Part shown: in pieces, positions 37,963 to 44,369 of the stretch
Position numbering within the stretch: position 1 is the first letter of the stretch
Layout: each line of letters starts with the position of its first letter
DNA from: a virus
Lineage: Duplodnaviria > Caudoviricetes
DNA: 52,389 nucleotides
IMG/VR virus record: IMGVR_UViG_3300037439_000020
Span: 1-52,389 of that record
Strand: one strand, 5' to 3'
Notes under the pieces: model-generated
What the model saw: only the letters and a program-made list of their open reading frames with translations
Told to the model about the DNA's origin: nothing
The model's database searches: none
Made by a program: the position numbers and the translations under genes

Positions 37963-38215
37963 AATTCTCATCAACCAAGCGCTTTAAGTCCAGCATTTCA
38001 AGCAATTTAGCTATCGCTTCGCCTTCAGTCTTGCCGTCAGCCATCGCACAACTTTCGTCAAAGCCATTCAACCCTGCCGCCCAACCACGACCCGTCGCAA
38101 GGTCAGCAAGGTTGCTATGCGCGGTTTCAACCATAATGGACTCTATCTTTCGCGTCTTTAAGTTCTTAACCCTAAACCGAACTTCGCGCAAGCTTCCAAT
38201 CGTCATGATTTGCAC
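37958..38215 (-). CDS. hypothetical protein
   Basis: GAACAGGAG RBS; true start may be ATG 38206. Confidence 0.7.
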   Translation of the reverse strand: MQIMTIGSLREVRFRVKNLKTRKIESIMVETAHSNLADLATGRGWAAGLNGFDESCAMADGKTEGEAIAKLLEMLDLKRLVDENL

Positions 38216-38403
38216 TCCTGTTCAATCGGATTGAGTTCAGCTAAATCCTTGTTCCACACTGTAAAGCGCGGACCGTTGGCAATTACAGTGCCTTCGCTAT
38301 GCGACGCAAGAACTCGGTAATGACGCACAACACCGTCAACGTCTTTATGCTTGACGATGTCGCCTTTCTTGTACGGTCCTTTGTCATCTCTAATCATCTT
38401 CAT
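38203..38403 (-). CDS. hypothetical protein (SH3/KOW-like start YKKGDIV)
   Basis: First gene after promoter 38425-38466; GAACAGGAG RBS. Confidence 0.7.
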   Translation of the reverse strand: MKMIRDDKGPYKKGDIVKHKDVDGVVRHYRVLASHSEGTVIANGPRFTVWNKDLAELNPIEQECKS

Positions 38404-38424
38404 TACTCCTGTTCAAGTGACGCT

Positions 38425-38466
38425 AGATTAACTTCGGCTTTAAACTTCGTCAAGAACTACGTCACG
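38425..38466 (-). promoter_or_regulatory. sigma70 promoter with CRP-like half-site
   Basis: CGTGA-CGTAGT-TC-TTGACG-N17-TAATCT. Confidence 0.75.
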
Positions 38467-38469
38467 TTT
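38448..38469. repeat. 22-nt exact repeat, copy 1 (copy 2 at 39363..39384)
   Basis: CGTCAAGAACTACGTCACGTTT at both positions. Confidence 0.9.
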
Positions 38470-38689
38470 TCTTGATGTCGCGTTCTATCTCCTGAATTGC
38501 TCGAACAATCGGCGCAATAATCCATGTCTGACGATACAGCCGGGTATTGTCCCTTATAAACTCGGTCACGTCATACTCTTTGCCGCGATACGTCAGCTTT
38601 TCGCCGCCGATATCGCCAAAATGGGCGTTCCTGAACAAAGCCGAGTCAAGCGCGGCGTTCAGTTGCTTCAACATGGCTTTCTTACGCAT
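38462..38689 (-). CDS. hypothetical protein
   Basis: 75-aa ORF in the operon. Confidence 0.65.
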   Translation of the reverse strand: MRKKAMLKQLNAALDSALFRNAHFGDIGGEKLTYRGKEYDVTEFIRDNTRLYRQTWIIAPIVRAIQEIERDIKKT

Positions 38690-38693
38690 GACG

Positions 38694-39194
38694 CTAATTA
38701 CCTACACTGTTGCAATAGTAATCAGCAATAACGAATGTCTTGGTTTTGTAGTTCGCTCCGGCGTAACTGTTCGCATTGGTGCGGGTCTTAAACCAACGTT
38801 GCCGGCCGAACGTAGCATTCAGGTTGCCGAACGCCGGGTTGACTTCAATCGCGCCCCAATGAAACGTTTTCGTCGGGTAGTCGCGCCAATCCTGCGGCGT
38901 CGGAATGTCCTTGACCATACGAGGATTCAGCCGCGTTCCGTCAGCCAACCGACAACGCTGTTCATGCGTGCATTCCGTCGCCGTTGGGCATTCCATGCAA
39001 ATGCCATGCTTAAAGAAGTCATGCGATTTGTTCAGCTCAATACACCGTGACGCTACTGCTGTAACGTCATATGACGGCGTATCACCAGACTCTACGCCGA
39101 ATTGATCCACCGGCGCATATAGATCGCCGCCGGCATCGGGGCGCGTTACCTTTATCGCGGCAAAAATTCGTTTCGTTCCTCGCGTCGTCTTCAT
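38694..39194 (-). CDS. hypothetical protein with central Cys cluster
   Basis: AGGAG RBS; CMEC....C.....C. Confidence 0.65.
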   Translation of the reverse strand: MKTTRGTKRIFAAIKVTRPDAGGDLYAPVDQFGVESGDTPSYDVTAVASRCIELNKSHDFFKHGICMECPTATECTHEQRCRLADGTRLNPRMVKDIPTPQDWRDYPTKTFHWGAIEVNPAFGNLNATFGRQRWFKTRTNANSYAGANYKTKTFVIADYYCNSVGN

Positions 39195-39217
39195 TAGCCG
39201 TCACTCCTGAGTTCGTT

Positions 39218-39279
39218 TAAAAAGCGGGGTTGGTGTCGAAGGAACCGCTAGCGGACTTTTCACCTAGCACCAACCCCGC
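39218..39279 (-). terminator. terminator-like long hairpin in a 5' leader
   Basis: GCGGGGTTGGTG/CACCAACCCCGC 12-bp stem followed by T5. Confidence 0.6.
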
Positions 39280-39339
39280 CAAACTTTGCGACCTTAGTTA
39301 CGACTTCGTCTGCCGTCTGAATCGCTTCACCATGTCGCT

Positions 39340-39381
39340 ACTATAGGCGTCAGTTTAAACGGCGTCAAGAACTACGTCACG
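39340..39381 (-). promoter_or_regulatory. sigma70 promoter with CRP-like half-site
   Basis: CGTGA-CGTAGT-TC-TTGACG-N17-TATAGT. Confidence 0.8.
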
Positions 39382-39394
39382 TTTCGCTAAACGT

Positions 39395-39595
39395 TTATTC
39401 CGGCAGCGGTTCGACAAACCGAATTGTAATGGTGTCACCTTCCCTAAGCGGCCAACCGCTGATTTGCTTTACTGCCCATTTGCTAAAGTCACCATTTTTA
39501 AAAATGTCACCATTACTGTCACATACAACCGTTGTCGAAGCGCTTGCAAATTCACCTCCACCGTTGTCGAGAACAATCTTCACTTTTCGCTTCAT
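39395..39595 (-). CDS. hypothetical protein
   Basis: AGGTG RBS; own promoter upstream. Confidence 0.7.
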   Translation of the reverse strand: MKRKVKIVLDNGGGEFASASTTVVCDSNGDIFKNGDFSKWAVKQISGWPLREGDTITIRFVEPLPE

Positions 39596-39626
39596 AAATC
39601 ACCTATTAAGTTAATCAAGCAACGTC

Positions 39627-39655
39627 ATACTAACACTATAACGTCATGGTGTCAA
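39627..39655 (-). promoter_or_regulatory. sigma70 promoter
   Basis: TTGACA-N17-TAGTAT. Confidence 0.7.
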
Positions 39656-39658
39656 GCG

Positions 39659-40102
39659 TCATTTACCTTTCCTCGGTGAAGTCATCTTCACTTCAATCGT
39701 CATGTTAATAAACTCGTCAACACGTTCAAAGTCAATGCCTTCGCGCGCCGCCCGTTGCGCCATGTCCATTGCATGCTGAAGATGTATCACTTGCGCCAAC
39801 ATATGCACGCATTCATGCTGCTGTTCAGATTCTTGCAACTTCGAACCCAACGCCTTTATACGTTCTTCTAGGTCCATTGCATCAAGCTTCGCTCTTTGCG
39901 TCGCTTGATACAGGATCGGCGAGTAAAGAAACAGGTTTAAAAGACGCGGGTCAACCGTCGTCGGACTGAACACCAGCGGTCCGACAAATTCGTTTTTAAG
40001 CTTGAGTCGCGACTTGCTGAAGAACCTGACGCAACCGCTTTGCGCCTCCACAATCATGCCGCCGTCAAGAATAACGTCATGCGTCAGATTAGATTCACTC
40101 AT
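39659..40102 (-). CDS. hypothetical protein
   Basis: 147 aa, AAGGTG RBS, ATGA coupling. Confidence 0.7.
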   Translation of the reverse strand: MSESNLTHDVILDGGMIVEAQSGCVRFFSKSRLKLKNEFVGPLVFSPTTVDPRLLNLFLYSPILYQATQRAKLDAMDLEERIKALGSKLQESEQQHECVHMLAQVIHLQHAMDMAQRAAREGIDFERVDEFINMTIEVKMTSPRKGK

Positions 40103-40395
40103 TTCGGTATCACCTTATCAAAGTGTTTCTGAATTTCACTATCACCCTTTTCCAATGTTTCCCACAATACGAGCGCACGACACCGCACGCACATACTAAC
40201 CCCTTTGCCGTGGTAAGGGTACTCGCGTCGACAGCCGCAAGGCATTAGCGCCAGTGCGGACGCTAGCTGATTCATAACCGCGCGTTCGTTGTTTATCCTG
40301 GCTTCAACCGGTCCTAGCAGTTCGTCAACATACTGCGGTGAATATACCTTGACGCCTTGCTTGAACTCGGCTAGCAGTTCGATTGACGTTGTCAT
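40099..40395 (-). CDS. hypothetical protein with CxC...CxxC
   Basis: Coupled chain; CGC...CVRC. Confidence 0.7.
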   Translation of the reverse strand: MTTSIELLAEFKQGVKVYSPQYVDELLGPVEARINNERAVMNQLASALALMPCGCRREYPYHGKGVSMCVRCRALVLWETLEKGDSEIQKHFDKVIPK

Positions 40396-40613
40396 TCTTC
40401 TAACTCTTTTAACAGTGCAATTAATTGTTGCTTGCGCAATGTCTTGTCTTTATACAAATGCACCACTTCAAGCCATGGCGGTAAAGCATCGTGCTTTGGG
40501 TTAGTTTCTTTAACAACTTCAATTTTGGCTTTATACCAAGGCGCGCCATATTTAAAACAACTACTCTGTTCAACACAAAGAGTTTTGTTGTTACATTCGC
40601 TGCAAAGATTCAT
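40392..40613 (-). CDS. hypothetical Cys-rich protein
   Basis: Coupled chain; CSEC...C...C. Confidence 0.65.
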   Translation of the reverse strand: MNLCSECNNKTLCVEQSSCFKYGAPWYKAKIEVVKETNPKHDALPPWLEVVHLYKDKTLRKQQLIALLKELEE

Positions 40614-40879
40614 TATTTAATCCTCGCTACTTCAATAGTACCGGAATCCCTATGCTTCATGACGCTAAACTTCTTGCCAGTCTTGCGACCAGCGTTAGAA
40701 GCTGAGAGCCGTATACTTGGTTCGTTAGCTTCAGCAAGAGGCATCCAAAAACATTGGCCAATTTTCAGCGAGTCAAACGGGTATTGACTTCGGTGATGAA
40801 TATTAACGAATGTTCCTATTGCATCGTCATAGCTCTTTATCTTCTTTGCCATTTCAGGCGAGCAATTATCGATTTGCAT
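40613..40879 (-). CDS. small protein of the YPF..L..G..F family (apparent paralog of 33542..34282)
   Basis: QYPFDSLKIGQCFWMP...KKFSV...IEVARIK. Confidence 0.65.
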   Translation of the reverse strand: MQIDNCSPEMAKKIKSYDDAIGTFVNIHHRSQYPFDSLKIGQCFWMPLAEANEPSIRLSASNAGRKTGKKFSVMKHRDSGTIEVARIK

Positions 40880-40899
40880 ATTAAATATCCATAAGTTCA

Positions 40900-41240
40900 A
40901 TGGGCAATTTGTATTATGTTAAATATCTATGAATAATTTCATCAACTTGCCAGCTTATACAGATATCACAGAATTTAGCAAGTGAATTTTTTCTATATGT
41001 AAAATATACACCCGCGCCAGCTCTAGCTCTCTCTATCTATAGATAATATATTTTTCTCTTTTATTAGGAGTATTAGGAACTGGAATCGTTTTATGTATTC
41101 TATATATTCGTGTGTATATCGCGAGAGTATAGTAGATACCCTATCTGAGCCTTATAAATGCAAAGTGTTGATTTTGCTGTAATAACAGCTCTATAACCGT
41201 AGTAGATTTAATAACTCCTATGTATAAGATAAAATTTACA
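40900..41240. other. AT-rich non-coding divergence region (candidate origin or genome end)
   Basis: Visibly AT-rich, no credible ORF, flanked by divergent transcription units. Confidence 0.5.
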
Positions 41241-41249
41241 CGCTAAAAC

Positions 41250-41293
41250 TGTGACGACGTTCACTCAAGTCTGACACCAAACAGCCGTATATT
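41250..41293 (+). promoter_or_regulatory. CRP-box promoter
   Basis: TGTGA-CGACGT-TCACT (9/10 consensus) centred at -42.5 relative to TATATT (41288-41293). Confidence 0.65.
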
Positions 41294-41328
41294 GTGGGCA
41301 CACGGTAACTGAACAGGAGCGAACGCAA

Positions 41329-41481
41329 ATGACGATGATCAAGTACGAAAAGGTTGTTGAAGTCCCGGCTCAAAAGCCGAGCGACAACCGCAAGAACGAT
41401 TACGCGCTGCACGTCAAGACACACACTGACGAACAGCTGAAGAATGCTGAGAAGCTGGCTGGCGGCTTGACGCTGGCTTAA
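41329..41481 (+). CDS. 50-aa hypothetical protein (MTMIKYEKVVEVPAQ...)
   Basis: Not in the ORF track; GAACAGGAG RBS; first gene after the promoter. Confidence 0.65.
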   Translation: MTMIKYEKVVEVPAQKPSDNRKNDYALHVKTHTDEQLKNAEKLAGGLTLA

Positions 41482-41549
41482 CTCCTGACGTAGTATCGCA
41501 AACATGAACACCGAACAACGTTATTGCATAGCCTTAAGGAGTTGAAGCA

Positions 41550-42131
41550 ATGAAATATGTATTAGGTGAGCGTTTGACTTTGCCCTCAGGTTCAGACCAC
41601 AAAACAATGTCGCCGATATTTCGCGAGTCTGACGGCGTTCTAATAGCCTTCCTAGGCATGGAGAACGGTTGGGGCAAAGCTTGGGAGTTCTATCCGATAA
41701 GACAGCGCGGCAGCGCTCATAACCTAGGATATGGAAATTTCGGACCTGACACTAATGCCGGAGTAGCGTTCTACAAAACAGGTTTGAAGCGCGAAGCTGT
41801 TGTTGAAGCATTTGAAGACATCTATAACGACAACCTTGACAAATTCAAAGATGCAAACGAGCGCGTAACTATCGATAAAGCTACAAAAGCAGCTACGGAG
41901 CAATTTTTTGAAGACTCCATAAACAATATGAAGTCGCTTAGAAGTAGCGCCGTTCGCCGCATTAACGCATTTAAATCTTTGTTATCGCGCGATGGAGAAG
42001 AAGGCAGCGACGTTATTTTAACTGGTGACGAAGTTGATGCCGTCAAAGAAGCAATTTTGGCGTTTGAAGCTGAAGTAAAGACGCTTGACGGCTCCATAGC
42101 ATTTGCAAAAAAGAAACAAAAAGAAGAATAA
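41550..42131 (+). CDS. hypothetical protein
   Basis: AAGGAG RBS, 193 aa. Confidence 0.75.
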   Translation: MKYVLGERLTLPSGSDHKTMSPIFRESDGVLIAFLGMENGWGKAWEFYPIRQRGSAHNLGYGNFGPDTNAGVAFYKTGLKREAVVEAFEDIYNDNLDKFKDANERVTIDKATKAATEQFFEDSINNMKSLRSSAVRRINAFKSLLSRDGEEGSDVILTGDEVDAVKEAILAFEAEVKTLDGSIAFAKKKQKEE

Positions 42132-42138
42132 AGCAAAC

Positions 42139-42180
42139 TGTGACGTATGTCTTGACGCCGCCATGAATGGCGGCTATAGT
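42139..42180 (+). promoter_or_regulatory. sigma70 promoter with CRP-like half-site and palindromic spacer
   Basis: TGTGA-CGTATG-TC-TTGACG-N17-TATAGT; the spacer holds GCCGCCAT-GA-ATGGCGGC. Confidence 0.8.
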
Positions 42181-42214
42181 CATTTCCAGTTCGAAACAAA
42201 CCGGAACAGCCAAC

Positions 42215-42382
42215 ATGACCGAAGAACAACTTAACTCGCACAACCTAATCCAGTACTCAAAAGAAGAGTTTTACAAAGCCCGTAACGAAGGCAAATCGTG
42301 GGCCGAAGCGCTTCAGCTGGCACGCGAATCTTACAACATGACCGACGCAGAATACGAACAGATGTTACACCAGCTGCATTAA
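42215..42382 (+). CDS. hypothetical protein (MTEEQLN...)
   Basis: First ATG downstream of the promoter. Confidence 0.6.
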   Translation: MTEEQLNSHNLIQYSKEEFYKARNEGKSWAEALQLARESYNMTDAEYEQMLHQLH

Positions 42383-42398
42383 TAGGAGCTAACAGACC

Positions 42399-43892
42399 AT
42401 GACACCTTCGAAGTATCAACAAGCGATTTATGACACCGTCGTTAACACCGCCTGTAACCTGATCATCGTCGCCGTTGCAGGTAGCGGCAAATCAACGACG
42501 TTAAAGCACGTCTATAGCCTCCTAAAAGGCTCACGCGTCATGCTGGCGTTCAACGCCGCCATTGCCAAGGAACTGCGCGACGCTGGCATGCAAGCCAAGA
42601 CGTTTCATTCACTGTGCCTGCAAGCCGTCTTGAACTTCAAGAAGCTTCGTAGCGCTGACGACGTAACCGGCAACAAGCTGTCACGCATTATAAAAGCGAC
42701 GTTCAGCAGTGACGATGCCCACAATTACGGCGCGTTTTGCACCAAGCTGGTTGGTCTGGCGCGCAACAACGGCGTCGGCATTGATGGCCTAATGCCTGAC
42801 ACCTTCGAAGCGTGGGAACGTTTGGTTCAGTTGCATGACATCGACCTTGACGACGCTAACGGCTGCACGATTGAGCGCGGCATTGAATTAGCGCATTGGT
42901 TGCTGGAAGAATCAAATAACTCACCCATGATCGATTGGGATGACGTTCTGTACATGGCAGTCAAGTTCAACCTGCCGTTGTCAAAGTTCGCTAACGTCAT
43001 GGTTGACGAAGCGCAAGATACCAACGCCATTCAACGTGAAATCATTCGTCGCATCTTGGCCCGTCAATGGAATGATTCTACAGTTGTTCTTGGCCGGTTG
43101 ATCGCAGTGGGTGACCCGGCGCAAGCCATCTACGCGTTTCGTGGCGCTGATAGTAATGCGCTCAACCTGATAGCATCTGAATTCAAGTGTGTTGAAATGC
43201 CGCTGTCTATCAGCTACCGCTGTGCCCCTGTCGTCGTCGAATATGCTCGTCAATGGGTCAACCATATCGAAGCCAACCCCGACCGCCATGACATTGGTGG
43301 CGTTGTGAACCTGGACACCGATTGGTTGCTTGACGACTTCGAAGAAACTGACTTGGTTATCTGCCGCACTACCCGCCCGCTGATTTCCCTGGCAATGCGA
43401 CGCCTTCAGGCGCGTCTTCCGGTTCGCATCATGGGCCGCGACATCGGTGAAGGCTTAATTAAATTCATCAAATCAATGGACGCAAACAGCATTGACGACT
43501 TAGAAACGAAATTGTTGGCGTACAAAGACCGCGAAGTAACCAAGGCGCAGAAGGCTGGCGAAGACAGCAAGATTGAAGCAATTAACGATAAGGTTGGCGC
43601 GATACATGCGCTTATGGGCGCGCTCACCGAAACTAACCGAACTGTTGACGCCTTGTTTGACGTTCTAAAAGAACTATTTAACGAGAATAAGAAAGCTGTG
43701 ACCCTGGCAACCATTCACAAGTCGAAAGGATTGGAAGCCCGAACGGTGTATTGGCTGAATCGAAGTCAATGCCCGTCACGTTGGGCGCGTCAGGAATGGC
43801 AGCAGAAGCAGGAGCAAAATTTGATGTACGTCGCAACTACGCGTGCTAAGGTATCGCTCCGGATGATCGAAGAGACTGCTCGCGCGGTCTAA
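42399..43892 (+). CDS. UvrD/Rep-like SF1 DNA helicase
   Basis: AVAGSGKS, VDEAQD, VGDPAQAIYAFRGA, SYRC, TIHKSKGLE and YVATTRAK. Confidence 0.92.
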   Translation: MTPSKYQQAIYDTVVNTACNLIIVAVAGSGKSTTLKHVYSLLKGSRVMLAFNAAIAKELRDAGMQAKTFHSLCLQAVLNFKKLRSADDVTGNKLSRIIKATFSSDDAHNYGAFCTKLVGLARNNGVGIDGLMPDTFEAWERLVQLHDIDLDDANGCTIERGIELAHWLLEESNNSPMIDWDDVLYMAVKFNLPLSKFANVMVDEAQDTNAIQREIIRRILARQWNDSTVVLGRLIAVGDPAQAIYAFRGADSNALNLIASEFKCVEMPLSISYRCAPVVVEYARQWVNHIEANPDRHDIGGVVNLDTDWLLDDFEETDLVICRTTRPLISLAMRRLQARLPVRIMGRDIGEGLIKFIKSMDANSIDDLETKLLAYKDREVTKAQKAGEDSKIEAINDKVGAIHALMGALTETNRTVDALFDVLKELFNENKKAVTLATIHKSKGLEARTVYWLNRSQCPSRWARQEWQQKQEQNLMYVATTRAKVSLRMIEETARAV

Positions 43893-43991
43893 GCGCCACG
43901 ATCAGGAGTAACCCGCTACCCTACCCGCCCCTACCCCGTTGCGCTTCACCTGAGTCATTAGGCGAAGCCTGACGAGGGTAAGGGTTTTACC

Positions 43992-44101
43992 GAGTCCCGC
44001 CCCGCTGTTGGTCTGTAGGACAATCCGGCTTGCCGGATTACGACGGACTAGACGCAATGCTGCCGTCATCTACGCGTCGGCCAACAGCGGGGAAATGGGC
44101 A
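43992..44101 (+). ncRNA. structured repeat element, copy 1 (branched hairpin)
   Basis: Arms GAGTCCCGCCCCGCTGT and CAGCGGGGAAATGGGCA, identical in copy 2; 12-bp perfect stem; inner hairpin AATCCGG/CCGGATT. Confidence 0.55.
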
Positions 44102-44133
44102 TCATAACGTCACCAACGTCAGGAGTCACACCA

Positions 44134-44313
44134 ATGAGCGATACGGTTTACACGGTTGAAAAAGAAGACGGCACAAAGCTTTACCTTGCCGCCGATTCGG
44201 AAGACGCCGCCTTTCAGAAGCTTCAGCGAAACGGCAATACCGACCCACGCGAAGCGCTGAAGTTTACCCCCGGCAAGCATGGTGACGTTCCCGAAGGTGC
44301 TGACGTTCTGTAA
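44134..44313 (+). CDS. 59-aa hypothetical protein (MSDTVYTVEKEDG...)
   Basis: AGGAG RBS at 44121; the longer ORF-track start runs through the hairpin. Confidence 0.7.
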   Translation: MSDTVYTVEKEDGTKLYLAADSEDAAFQKLQRNGNTDPREALKFTPGKHGDVPEGADVL

Positions 44314-44332
44314 GCGTTGGTTCAAGGAACAT

Positions 44333-44364
44333 AGCCTGTCGCTATCACTGGCGACAGGCTTTTT
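44333..44364 (+). terminator. intrinsic terminator between convergent genes
   Basis: AGCCTGTCGC/GCGACAGGCT stem followed by a T-run. Confidence 0.8.
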
Positions 44365-44369
44365 AATCT

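Noticed and set aside
40955-40970. Additional TGTGA/TCACA half-sites (40966, 20518, 30977, 4695)
   Set aside because: The second half-site is poor, there is no suitably spaced -10, or the site lies within coding sequence.
43969-43995. CTGACGA followed by a stem, resembling a hammerhead ribozyme core
   Set aside because: The stem is followed by GAGT rather than the required GAAA, and I could not build stems I and III.
43992-44101. GTCCC...GAAATGGGC resembling the P2 ends of an HDV-like ribozyme
   Set aside because: No P1/P3/P1.1 nested pseudoknot or catalytic C context; the interior folds as simple stems.
44008-44133. N-terminal extensions in the ORF track (44008, 47023, 42167, 20560, 35382)
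   Set aside because: They run through promoters, hairpins or upstream genes; downstream starts fit RBS and promoter positions better.
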